Positions 18,177 to 27,510 of a DNA stretch of 64,000 nucleotides are shown here, piece after piece. How positions within the stretch are numbered: the first letter of the stretch is position 1; each line of letters opens with the position of its first letter. The stretch spans positions 1 through 64,000 of the forward strand of contig CAXXJS010000050.1 of assembly GCA_963662665.2 (NCBI GenBank), given 5' to 3'. Below the pieces are notes generated by a model, which did not search any database, was not told the DNA's origin, and saw nothing but the letters and a program-made list of their open reading frames with translations. The position numbers and the translations under genes were made by a program. The stretch comes from Candidatus Latescibacterota bacterium. Its GTDB lineage: Bacteria > Latescibacterota > UBA2968 > GCA-2709665.

Positions 18177-20087
18177 ATGCCGCTGGTCCAACTCGAAAGC
18201 GTCCGCAAGGCCTTCGGGGCCGTCACGGTGCTGACCGATCTGACGTGGAAGATCGAAGCCGGCGACCGTATCGGGCTGGTTGGCCGCAACGGTTGTGGAA
18301 AAACGACGCTCTTTCACCTGATTACGGGCCGTCTGCTGCCGGACGGCGGCGAGGTACATACCCGGCGTAGTCTGAACGCAGGGTACCTGGCGCAGGACCC
18401 GGAACTGGATGACGGGTCCGCCGTACTCGAAACTGTGCTGGAAGCGTTCTCGGACGTCATTGAACTCCAACGCCGCCTGCGCGATCTCGAAGATCGATTG
18501 ACCTCGGGACGGGAGCAGCCCGCGCTCCTGGAAGCATATGGACGTCTGCAGCATGCCTACGAAGCCCGGGACGGTTACGAGATTGAGGCCCGCGCGAAAG
18601 CCATCCTGTACGGGCTGGGTTTCACCGGCGCGGATTTCGAAACCCCGGTTTCAGTACTCAGCGGGGGTCAGAAGAACCGTCTCGCCCTTGCCCGCCTGCT
18701 CGCAAGCGAACCCGATCTGCTTCTGCTCGATGAACCCACCAACCACCTGGACCTTCAGGCCATCGAATGGTTGGAGGGCTTCCTGCCCTCATTCGACGGC
18801 GCGTTCGTCGTGATCTCCCACGACAGGTATTTTCTGGACCGCACCATTGATCGTATCGTTGAACTGGAACACGGTGCGCTGGACGCGTTCGCGGGCAACT
18901 ACAGCTTCTACGCCACCGAAAAACAACAGCGCCTGGCAAAGCGGCACAAGGCATACGAGCGTCAACAGGACCATATCCGAAAGACGGAAGACTTTATACG
19001 CCGGAACATCGCCGGACAGAAAACAAAACAGGCGCAGAGTCGCAGAAAGGCCCTGACGAAACTGGATACGCTAGAACGCCCGGCCAGCGACAGGGAGTTC
19101 AAGTTGCGGTTTACGGCCGGCGCGAGGGGCGGGAACCGGGTTGTGGAACTCCAGCAAACTTCGAAGGCCTACGGCGACAACGTCCTGTTCCGGGACCTGG
19201 ACCTGCTCGTACGGCGCGGCGACCGCCTGGGCGTCATCGGACCCAACGGTTCCGGCAAGACCACCTTGCTCAAGCTGCTCACCGGCCGTGAACCGCCCGA
19301 TGGCGGAATCGTGGAGACCGGTTCGAACGTCAAGGTGGGCTACTACGACCAGCACCGCGATGAACTCACCCCCGGCCGCACGCTTCAGGATGAGATCCGG
19401 ACGGTCACTCCCGACGCCTCGGTTGGAGAAATCCGAAGTGTTCTGGGCGCTTTCCTCTTTTCGGGCGACGACGTCGAGCGTAAAACCGGCAGCCTCAGCG
19501 GTGGAGAAAAAAGCAGGGTGGCCCTGGCGAAATTGATGAGATCCGAGACCAATCTCCTGGTTCTGGACGAACCCACCAATCATCTGGATATCCCGTCCCG
19601 GGACGTGCTGGAAGACGCCCTGAAGGCATACGACGGAACCATGATCGCCGTCTCGCACGATCGCTACTTTCTCAATCTGCTGGTCGACCGATTGCTCGTA
19701 CTCGGGAATGGCGGATGGGAATTGATAGAGGGAAATTACGACACCTGGCAACGCCGCCGCGGAGAGGCGGAAGACCGCCCCGCCCCCCGCCCGCCGGAGA
19801 AGGCCTCCCAGAAGGCCGTTTATGAGCGAAACCGTGCCGCCCGCCGCGCGCAGGAAGGGCGCGAGCGGCGGCGGCAAGCCATCGAAACGGAGATCCTGGA
19901 CCTGGAGGCGGAACTCGAGCGCCTGGAGGGGCAACTGGCGCTTGGCGACCGGGCGTCGGATTGGCAGCACCTTCAGTCGGTCTCCGAGGAACGCCAGCGG
20001 ATACAGACCCGGATCGAAGCGTGCATTGCAGTGTGGGAAACGCTGGAGGCGACGGAAACAGAGGGTGAGGAACGGACGTCGGGCTGA
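18177..20087 (+). CDS. ABC-F family ATP-binding protein
   Basis: Two ABC domains (GRNGCGKT, GPNGSGKT; LSGG; LDEPTNHLD), linker, C-terminal coiled coil, no TM segments. Confidence 0.95.
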   Translation: MPLVQLESVRKAFGAVTVLTDLTWKIEAGDRIGLVGRNGCGKTTLFHLITGRLLPDGGEVHTRRSLNAGYLAQDPELDDGSAVLETVLEAFSDVIELQRRLRDLEDRLTSGREQPALLEAYGRLQHAYEARDGYEIEARAKAILYGLGFTGADFETPVSVLSGGQKNRLALARLLASEPDLLLLDEPTNHLDLQAIEWLEGFLPSFDGAFVVISHDRYFLDRTIDRIVELEHGALDAFAGNYSFYATEKQQRLAKRHKAYERQQDHIRKTEDFIRRNIAGQKTKQAQSRRKALTKLDTLERPASDREFKLRFTAGARGGNRVVELQQTSKAYGDNVLFRDLDLLVRRGDRLGVIGPNGSGKTTLLKLLTGREPPDGGIVETGSNVKVGYYDQHRDELTPGRTLQDEIRTVTPDASVGEIRSVLGAFLFSGDDVERKTGSLSGGEKSRVALAKLMRSETNLLVLDEPTNHLDIPSRDVLEDALKAYDGTMIAVSHDRYFLNLLVDRLLVLGNGGWELIEGNYDTWQRRRGEAEDRPAPRPPEKASQKAVYERNRAARRAQEGRERRRQAIETEILDLEAELERLEGQLALGDRASDWQHLQSVSEERQRIQTRIEACIAVWETLEATETEGEERTSG

Positions 20088-20106
20088 ACCGGGCCATGAA
20101 GGACGA

Positions 20107-20147
20107 GTCGGCATCGCCTTCAGAGCGGCTTTTCCAACGGACTGCTA
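20107..20147 (+). mobile_element. Right-end fragment of the MITE family
   Basis: GTCGGCATCGCCTTCAGAGCGGCTTTTCCAACGGACTGCTA matches the end of 57455-57619. Confidence 0.7.
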
Positions 20148-20283
20148 ACAGCCGGTGGACCGTGGCGGCGCGTCGGTGTATTTCCGTTTGATTCCATTTG
20201 TGCGCAGTCGACACGGGCATCGAATACAGCAGGAACGCATCGGTCCATTCAGGATTCCATCGTAACGTTTCTCCAGGCTCTAT

Positions 20284-22326
20284 ATGATGTTCGATCGCTC
20301 CATGATGGCGCCCGCCGAGTTCGAGTTTGTGGTTCTGGCGGACACACACTACATGCTCGATCCTGGCGGCCGCGCGCTGGAATTCGAATCCCGCCGCAAG
20401 CAGACCGCCAGAGCCGACGTGGCGCTCGGGCTCGCCGCGTCTCTGGGCCCCGACTTTATCGTACACATGGGCGACCTGGTCCAGGAATACCCCGAAACCC
20501 GGCGCCACAAAGAGGCGATCGACAAGGCGCGGGAGCAACTGGCGCGCCTGGACACTGACGTATACCTCGTTGCCGGCAACCACGACGTGGGCGACAAACC
20601 CGATCCGACCATGCCCACCATGCCCGTCACGCCCGAGTCCCTGAAGCGCTACCACGCCCGTTTCGGCCCTTCCCGGTACAGCTTCGACCACTGCGGCTGT
20701 CACTTTATCGCGATCAACTCACAGATCCTCAACGCCGATCTGCCGGAGACCGGATCTCAGCGCGACTGGCTGGAACGCGACCTGGAAACCCGTGGACGTG
20801 ATCGTGTTTTTCTCTTTCTCCACCTGCCGCCGTTTCTGGAGCACCCGGACGAGCCTCACCTGGGCAACTACGACAATATCGGCCAGCCCGACAGGCGCTG
20901 GATACTCGATCTGATCCTTCGACACCGGGTCGAGGTGGTCTGCGCGGCGCACGTCCACTTCGCGTTTCTTAACCGGATCGGGTCCACCCGAATCTTCAAT
21001 GTGCCCTCGACCTCCTTCACGCGCCCGGGCTTCAGCCACCTGTTCACCGGTCCTCCGCCGCCTGAGCAGGGGAGGGACGACGCGCCCAAGCTCGGTTTCT
21101 ATCTGTTCCGCGTCTTTGGCGACAGGACCGACGCACACTTCATCCGAACCGGAGGCGCGCCTGCCCCGGACGAAGTCGCGACCGCCGCCACGAGACGGGT
21201 GCTCACCCGGACTTCGGCGGGCATTCCCGGCGACGGATTCGGCCTGACCCTTCTGCATCCCCTCGCGCCTCGCACCGATGTCCCGATCGCATTTCCCAGC
21301 ATCGTCCGACAGCGCGTGAGAAACGACTATCCATTGCTTGCAGCGGTGGAACTCGGCGCATCCGCGGTCCGGTTCGCTGCCGCGGATCTTGAAGATTCGG
21401 TCCAGCGCGAACGGCTCGAACTCCTTTGCGGCGAGGGTGTGCGCCTCACGGCGATGCTGCCGTCGTCTTCCGCAGCGGATGTGTTGCCATTCTTCCGGCG
21501 GTTCGCGGATATCGTGGACACATGGGAAGTCCAGATACCGGGAGCCCTGCTGCCGCCCGACGACCTCACCGGCGCGCTCGCGGCAGGCGGGACGGACGTT
21601 TCCACGCGTATTTCGCTTGCACCCATCCTCCCGGGCGAGGTCCGTCCCGACAAACAGCACCCGCGTACCCGAATCGGATACATGCCCGGCGAACTGCCCG
21701 AACTGAACCGCTATCTGGCTGAAACGGGCGCGTCCATCGACCGTGTCCTGTGTCGTGTCGACGAAAGCGATCCGTGGCAAGCCGCGAAGGAACTTCTGGA
21801 TATCGGCGCGCTCAGCCAGGTCAGGGCAGTGGACCTGGCCGTGACCCTCGCCTCCCGCGACGACGTCAGGAATGCGAACGCGGCCGTGGAATCCCTCCTT
21901 TCCGCCGCACTCTTACCCACTGCTCGCGTCTTCTTCGAACCCCTCATCGATCTGGACCGGACACTGGACGTGGCCCATGGGCTTCTGGACACGTCCTGCA
22001 ACCCCCGTCCCGCATTTCATGCGCTCCGATGCCTCAATACGGCGCTTTTTCACGAGCCGCTCACAAGTCCGGTTCCCGGAGAAGTCGACCTGTCCGGTAC
22101 CAGGATTCGGACCCTGACCCGCCCCGCCTGCTTTCATGCCCTGATCACCTCCCGCAACGGCAGACTTCCGGATCTCGGTCGCCTTGCGTTTCCGGCCGTT
22201 TCGCCGGACGCCCCGTTCCGCCTCTACCGCCTTGCCGAGGGTACGGTCCAGACCGGTCCACTCAAACGTCTCCTTGACGGCGCGAACGTGCATTCCGCGC
22301 CCCTGCTCCTGACGGCCCGCCTGTAA
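20284..22326 (+). CDS. Calcineurin-like metallophosphoesterase with uncharacterised C-terminal region
   Basis: ADTH, MGDLV, GNHD, HLPP, AHVH motifs in the first ~270 aa. Confidence 0.85.
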   Translation: MMFDRSMMAPAEFEFVVLADTHYMLDPGGRALEFESRRKQTARADVALGLAASLGPDFIVHMGDLVQEYPETRRHKEAIDKAREQLARLDTDVYLVAGNHDVGDKPDPTMPTMPVTPESLKRYHARFGPSRYSFDHCGCHFIAINSQILNADLPETGSQRDWLERDLETRGRDRVFLFLHLPPFLEHPDEPHLGNYDNIGQPDRRWILDLILRHRVEVVCAAHVHFAFLNRIGSTRIFNVPSTSFTRPGFSHLFTGPPPPEQGRDDAPKLGFYLFRVFGDRTDAHFIRTGGAPAPDEVATAATRRVLTRTSAGIPGDGFGLTLLHPLAPRTDVPIAFPSIVRQRVRNDYPLLAAVELGASAVRFAAADLEDSVQRERLELLCGEGVRLTAMLPSSSAADVLPFFRRFADIVDTWEVQIPGALLPPDDLTGALAAGGTDVSTRISLAPILPGEVRPDKQHPRTRIGYMPGELPELNRYLAETGASIDRVLCRVDESDPWQAAKELLDIGALSQVRAVDLAVTLASRDDVRNANAAVESLLSAALLPTARVFFEPLIDLDRTLDVAHGLLDTSCNPRPAFHALRCLNTALFHEPLTSPVPGEVDLSGTRIRTLTRPACFHALITSRNGRLPDLGRLAFPAVSPDAPFRLYRLAEGTVQTGPLKRLLDGANVHSAPLLLTARL

Positions 22327-22454
22327 CACCCCCGTCTATTGGGTTGACAATTCCCCCGATTCTATTGATCTTTCTGGCGCCACGGGTCTGCGCACTCCGT
22401 TCAAGCTTTGTTCCCCGTATTCCAGAGTCGTCCACCAAATTCGAGGTCTCGCCG

Positions 22455-23252
22455 ATGGCAAAAACGCTGCGCGTCTGCCTGGCCGCCCTCAAGCGGCGGC
22501 CCTCCATCCCCATAGGCGTGGAAAAGCTGGTTTCCGTTCTGCACGAATGCCGGGACAGGGAGGTGGATATCGTCTGCACGCCGGAGACTTACCTTCCCGG
22601 GCTCAGAGGCGCAACGTTCGATCTTCCCGAACCGGATCAACCGGCTATGGAGCAGGCGCTGACGGACCTTCGCGCGGGCTGCCGCAAGACCGGCGTTGCC
22701 ATTATCGCCGGCATGGAGTGGCAAAGCGAACTGGGCCTGGAGAACCGGGCTTTCGTTATCTCGCCGGCGGGTCGTATGCTTGGCCACCAGACCAAGAATC
22801 AGATAACACCGGGCGGCGAATCCGAGAATTACGTGCCGGACGGTCAGCGCAGGGTCTTTGCGGTAAAGGGCGTGACGTTCGGAATTACCATCTGTCACGA
22901 AGGCTGGCGATATCCGGAAACCGTGCGCTGGCCCGCCGTTCGGGGCGCACGGATTGTCTTTCAGCCCCAGGTCACGGGCAGCGACGAAGGTGGACAAAAG
23001 CCCAGGAAATGGGGCGAATCCTTTTACGAGAAAGCCATGCAGTGTCGCGCGGGGGAGAACAACATTTACTTCGCCAGCGTCAACCAGGCCATGAAATGCC
23101 AGAATTCCGCCACCAGCCTGATCGACCCGGAAGGCAATCTCATCGAATACCTCCCGTGCGGCAAGGAAGACCTGCTCATCGCCGACCTGGACCTCGAACG
23201 AGCCACCCGGTTCTACACCAGGCGGTACCGGTCCGAACTCTATCCCGCATAG
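22455..23252 (+). CDS. Carbon-nitrogen hydrolase (nitrilase superfamily)
   Basis: Catalytic E (TPET), K (QTKNQ), C (ICHEG). Confidence 0.9.
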   Translation: MAKTLRVCLAALKRRPSIPIGVEKLVSVLHECRDREVDIVCTPETYLPGLRGATFDLPEPDQPAMEQALTDLRAGCRKTGVAIIAGMEWQSELGLENRAFVISPAGRMLGHQTKNQITPGGESENYVPDGQRRVFAVKGVTFGITICHEGWRYPETVRWPAVRGARIVFQPQVTGSDEGGQKPRKWGESFYEKAMQCRAGENNIYFASVNQAMKCQNSATSLIDPEGNLIEYLPCGKEDLLIADLDLERATRFYTRRYRSELYPA

Positions 23253-23275
23253 CTAACAGTCCCGGAGGAAAGTCA

Positions 23276-24604
23276 ATGGTCAGAGCCGCGCTTGTGGTAT
23301 CTGGTGTCTGTCTCCTGATGAGCAACGCCGTCACCGCGCAGGAAACCTCGCCGGTCGATTTCAATGAAGACGGCGAAGTCAACTTTGCCGATTTCATCGC
23401 CTTCGCCCGGGGATTCGGGAAGACGGACCGGGACACGGACTTCGACGCCAGGCTGGACCTGAACGGCAACGGCGAAGTCGACTTTCAGGACTTCGTCCAC
23501 TTCGCACGGCAGTTCGGCGTTTCCGCGCCGCCCGAAGACGCGGACAGGGAGCCCTTCGATCCGGCACGAATCTATATTGCGGATTTTCGGGCAGACAGGG
23601 TTTATGTAGTAGATGCACAATCCTATTTTTACGACCCCGGCCTTTCTGTCGTCCTCAGCCAGCCGCGCAGTGTCTCCTACTCATATCTCAACAGGCGCTT
23701 TTACGTTGTCGGTCAGGACTCATTCTACGCGCTTACCGAATCCAGTGAGATCGATTACCGGTTGCCGCTCCTGGACCCGCCCGAATCGTCGGATTCCCCG
23801 CCACGAACACGTGGCGGATTCCGAATAGCACTTTCCGCAGATCACCGGCTCGGCTACGTTACCGAAGACATCGCCAGTCAGGTCGAAGTCATCCACCTGA
23901 GAAATGCCGAGTCTGTGGGCACGATTCCTCTTTCCCTGCCGCCCAGTGGCATCGCCATTTCTCCGGACGGCAGCGAACTCTACGTGGCGCATAACAATAT
24001 CCCCCGGCTTTCGGTAATCGACGCTTCTGCGCGGGCGGTTTCGGACAGTATCGAGCTTGGCGGACGGGGCAATGCGCGGGTTGTTGTTTCTCTGGAGGGC
24101 GACAGAATCTACACCGCAACAACCCGGGGGGGTGATGATCCGACGGTCCGGATCGTCTCGATCGACGCTGCGACCAAAGAGGTCGTCAGTTCGCTGGAGA
24201 TCGCGCCGGATTCAACGACGAAGGTCTGGGACCTTAAGGCGTCCAGGGACGGCAGTAAGCTCTACGCGACCGGAAGTCGGTTATTTCTCGCGCCTGCGGA
24301 ACAGTTCGGTTTCGTATTGGAGGGCTATTTCTGGACCGTAGATTCAGCCACCTTCAATCTATCGAGCGAAATCAAGATCGATGGGGAAGCCGTTAATTTC
24401 GGGGTTTCCCGCGACGACAAGACGGCATACGTCGCTGTCGTCGATCCATTTACCGGCGTGCTTCGACTCACGATCCTCGACCTGGAAAACAATGCGGTAC
24501 TTGGCGCGGTTCCGGTGACTTTCCTGTCGGCGTTCGACATCAGGGCCTACGGCGGCAAGGCAGCGTTCGGACGCACCGTTTTTTCCGAAATAACCATCTT
24601 CTGA
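23276..24604 (+). CDS. Secreted EF-hand/dockerin-like plus YVTN-type beta-propeller protein
   Basis: Signal peptide; DFNEDGEVNFADF and DLNGNGEVDFQDF; repeats such as IAISPDGSELYV; GGAGG RBS. Confidence 0.85.
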   Translation: MVRAALVVSGVCLLMSNAVTAQETSPVDFNEDGEVNFADFIAFARGFGKTDRDTDFDARLDLNGNGEVDFQDFVHFARQFGVSAPPEDADREPFDPARIYIADFRADRVYVVDAQSYFYDPGLSVVLSQPRSVSYSYLNRRFYVVGQDSFYALTESSEIDYRLPLLDPPESSDSPPRTRGGFRIALSADHRLGYVTEDIASQVEVIHLRNAESVGTIPLSLPPSGIAISPDGSELYVAHNNIPRLSVIDASARAVSDSIELGGRGNARVVVSLEGDRIYTATTRGGDDPTVRIVSIDAATKEVVSSLEIAPDSTTKVWDLKASRDGSKLYATGSRLFLAPAEQFGFVLEGYFWTVDSATFNLSSEIKIDGEAVNFGVSRDDKTAYVAVVDPFTGVLRLTILDLENNAVLGAVPVTFLSAFDIRAYGGKAAFGRTVFSEITIF

Positions 24605-24825
24605 ATCGTCGGTCAGCGGGCGACCGACGACGCGAGACGGCTGCACGATTCGAGATCCGCATCCTGTCCTCTCGTCCAAACGCGCTCCAACCGCGTAATA
24701 TCGTGCGTTGAACACGGCCGCGCACGCCGGAAATTTAAATTGAAAGACCTTGCATACCGCGCCGAATTCCGGTAGATTTCTTTATAGAACAACTATGCAT
24801 ATGGCGGGTCACCAATATAAAGTGA

Positions 24826-25890
24826 GTGAGGGCTATGCTTTCATCGCTTCTTCTTGAGCCCGGCCGGCTTGAATTGCGGGACGTTGACATCCCCGGCGCC
24901 GGTCCCGGCGAAGTGGTCGTCAGGGTGCGGTCGGCACTGACGTGCGGCACCGAATTGAAGACTTTTCGCCGCGGCCACCCGAAAATTCCCACGCCAACGC
25001 CTCTCGGGCATGAGTTTTCCGGCGATATATACGAAGTTGGAGAGGGTGTAACCAGGTTCAAGGCGGGGGACCAGGTGATGACCGCGCCTACAGCGCCCTG
25101 CGGCGAGTGCGTGGACTGCCACAAGTCGCGGGAGAACCTCTGCCCGTACGCCATAGACGAAATGGTCTTCGGCGCCTTCGCGGAGTACGTCCGCGTGCCG
25201 GCCCACGTCGTGCAGAACAACATGTACAAAAAGCCCGCCGATCTTTCCTACGAAGAAGCGGCCATGCTGGAGCCGCTCGCGTGCGTGGTCTACGGCATGG
25301 ACCAGGTGCTGATGGGGCCGGACGCCACGGTGCTCATCATCGGCGCGGGCGCCATCGGATTGATGCACACGGCCGTTGTGCGCGCTTTCGGCGCGAAGCG
25401 GGTCATTGTGGCCGGCAAACGCGAATACCGGCTCAGACTCGCCACAACGCTCGGCGCGGACGAGATCATCGACGTGGATGCGGAAAACGCGATAGACCGT
25501 GTCAAGGAACTGACCGGCGGCATCGGCGCGGACCTGGTGATCGAATGCACCGGTCAGCTTGCCGTATGGGAGAGTACTCCCAACCTGGTCGCCAAGGGTG
25601 GAACGATCGTTCTGTTCGGCGGCCTTCCAAAAGGCACCGTCGCCACCTTCGATACCGCCCGGCTGCACTACGATCAGATCACGCTTAAGGGCGTGTTTCA
25701 CTACAGCCGCAGCGCCGTGAAAAAGGCCTACCAGATGCTGGTCGACAGGAAGATTCACCTCAACGGCCTGATTTCGGGCACCTATTCCCTGTCCGACCTG
25801 AAACACGTCTTCGAGCTACTCTTAGAGAAGGGCAACGACGTCAAATTCGCGGTTGTGCCTTCCAAACCCAGCCCGGAAAAAGCCGGATGA
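24826..25890 (+). CDS. Zinc-binding (MDR) dehydrogenase, threonine/sorbitol DH-like
   Basis: TCGT, GHE, CGECVDC...C, GAGAIG. Confidence 0.92.
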   Translation: MRAMLSSLLLEPGRLELRDVDIPGAGPGEVVVRVRSALTCGTELKTFRRGHPKIPTPTPLGHEFSGDIYEVGEGVTRFKAGDQVMTAPTAPCGECVDCHKSRENLCPYAIDEMVFGAFAEYVRVPAHVVQNNMYKKPADLSYEEAAMLEPLACVVYGMDQVLMGPDATVLIIGAGAIGLMHTAVVRAFGAKRVIVAGKREYRLRLATTLGADEIIDVDAENAIDRVKELTGGIGADLVIECTGQLAVWESTPNLVAKGGTIVLFGGLPKGTVATFDTARLHYDQITLKGVFHYSRSAVKKAYQMLVDRKIHLNGLISGTYSLSDLKHVFELLLEKGNDVKFAVVPSKPSPEKAG

Positions 25891-26930
25891 TGCGCGTAGC
25901 CCGTCTGTACGACTACGGCGACATCCGAATCGAAAACGAACCGATCCCCGACGTCGGGCCTGAAGACGCCCTCGTTAAAATGGCGGTTTGCGGCATCTGC
26001 ACGAGCGATACACTGCCGTGGTACGTGCGCCGCAAGGCGCCCATCGTCCTTGGGCACGAACCCGCCGGGATTGTCGTTGACGTCGGCTCCAGGGCCGAAG
26101 GTTTTTCGCCCGGCGAGCGGGTCTTCGTTCATCATCATGCCCCCTGCATGAACTGCCGTTTGTGCCGCCGGGGGCATTTTTCTATGTGTCCCACCTGGAA
26201 GGCCTCTGCGCTGGACCCCGGCGGTCTCGCCGAGTTCGTCCGCGTGCCCGGCCTCAATCTCAAAACAGACACGCTGAAACTTCCGGCTTCGCTTTCCGTC
26301 GAAGACGGCGCCCTCGTCGAACCGACAGCCTGCGCGGTACAGGCGTTGAAACGCCGCGCCCGCGTGCAACCTGATGACCGTGTCCTGATCATCGGCATGG
26401 GCATTATGGGTCAGCTTCTTGCCCTGCTCGCCAGGCATTACGGCGCGTCAACAGTAATTGCCGCGGACATGGTGCCCTACCGGCTGAACAAAGCCATGGA
26501 ACTCGGGGCCGACCTGGGCGTAGACGTCACGCGGGAGAGCCTGTCCGAGTCCGTCGCCGCCGCCACAGATGGGGACATGGCCGACCTGGTTGTGGTCGGC
26601 CCGGGCACTGTGACGGCGATGGAGGCGGGGCTTTCAGCCGTTGGTGCGGGCGGGACCGTGCTTCTGTTCACCCCCGCCGAACCAGGCCGCGCGCTGGAGA
26701 TCGCCCCGTACGATCTTTACGCAAGGGACATCACCCTAACGACCAGCTATTCCTGCGGTCCGCCGGACACCGCGGAAGCACTGGACGTCGTTGGCCGCGG
26801 GGTGGTGACCGCGAAAAAACTCGTCACCCACCGGTTCCCCCTCGAAGAAACCGCCGTCGGATTTCAGACGGTTGCGGAAGCCGGAGACTCCATCAAGACC
26901 CTCATCGTCATCGACGAAACGCTGGCCTGA
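25887..26930 (+). CDS. Zinc-binding (MDR) dehydrogenase
   Basis: GICTSD, GHE, CMNCRLC...C, GMGIMG; 4-nt overlap with the upstream paralog. Confidence 0.92.
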   Translation: MMRVARLYDYGDIRIENEPIPDVGPEDALVKMAVCGICTSDTLPWYVRRKAPIVLGHEPAGIVVDVGSRAEGFSPGERVFVHHHAPCMNCRLCRRGHFSMCPTWKASALDPGGLAEFVRVPGLNLKTDTLKLPASLSVEDGALVEPTACAVQALKRRARVQPDDRVLIIGMGIMGQLLALLARHYGASTVIAADMVPYRLNKAMELGADLGVDVTRESLSESVAAATDGDMADLVVVGPGTVTAMEAGLSAVGAGGTVLLFTPAEPGRALEIAPYDLYARDITLTTSYSCGPPDTAEALDVVGRGVVTAKKLVTHRFPLEETAVGFQTVAEAGDSIKTLIVIDETLA

Positions 26931-27025
26931 CGGCCCGTTGAAAAATTCCATCGGGCTGCCTGCCCGTGCGTACGCACGCTTGCCTGCGCGCAGCGCGCAA
27001 GCAGGCAGACAGGGTCCGACCCTGC
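26928..27025 (+). mobile_element. MITE left-end fragment interrupted by a nested palindromic element (26959-27013)
   Basis: TGACGGCCCGTTGAAAAATTCCATCGGGCTG[insert]GTCCGACCCTGC versus TGACAGCCCGTTGAAAAAGTCCATCCGGTCTGCGTCCGGCCCTTGC at 57455. Confidence 0.7.
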
Positions 27026-27061
27026 ATTCCACGGTTTTTCGTTTCCAGAAAGGATGCCGGC

Positions 27062-27253
27062 ATGCCCTATGTCAACGTCAAGATGCTCGACGGCCGCACG
27101 ACGGACCAGAAACGGGAACTGGTCAAGGCCATCACAGACGCACTTCAGAATATCTGCGGCGCCAAACCGGATGGCACCATGGTGGTCATCGAGGAAGTGA
27201 CCCGAGACCACTGGTCGGTAGGCGGGGAGCTGATTTCAGACAGGGACGCATAG
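27062..27253 (+). CDS. 4-oxalocrotonate tautomerase family protein
   Basis: MPYVNVKMLDGRTTDQKRELV...HWSVGG with catalytic Pro1. Confidence 0.93.
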   Translation: MPYVNVKMLDGRTTDQKRELVKAITDALQNICGAKPDGTMVVIEEVTRDHWSVGGELISDRDA

Positions 27254-27337
27254 CAAATCCCGGCGGGCAAACGCGCTGACGGGACGTCCGGAGCTTTTAC
27301 ACGGGAATGCCCACCGCCGGCTTTTTTGCGTTTGATC

Positions 27338-27366
27338 TTGACAGATTTATGCGTGCCTTCTATATT
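27338..27366 (+). promoter_or_regulatory. sigma70 promoter for the TPR-mdh unit
   Basis: TTGACA-N17-TATATT. Confidence 0.75.
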
Positions 27367-27510
27367 GAACCGATCAGCAGTTTGCACTTAAAAAGTGGAG
27401 ACAATCGCCGATCGGCTCAACCCGCGCAACGGTCTGAGCCGTGTTCCAAAGTGTTGTGCTGACGCTGGCTGGATCAACCGTACATCGCAAATAAAGAAAG
27501 GGGAAAGGCT

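Noticed and set aside
22547-23275. N-terminal extension of the 685-aa ORF
   Set aside because: Out-of-frame overlap with the nitrilase-family gene; the signal peptide and RBS start at 23276.
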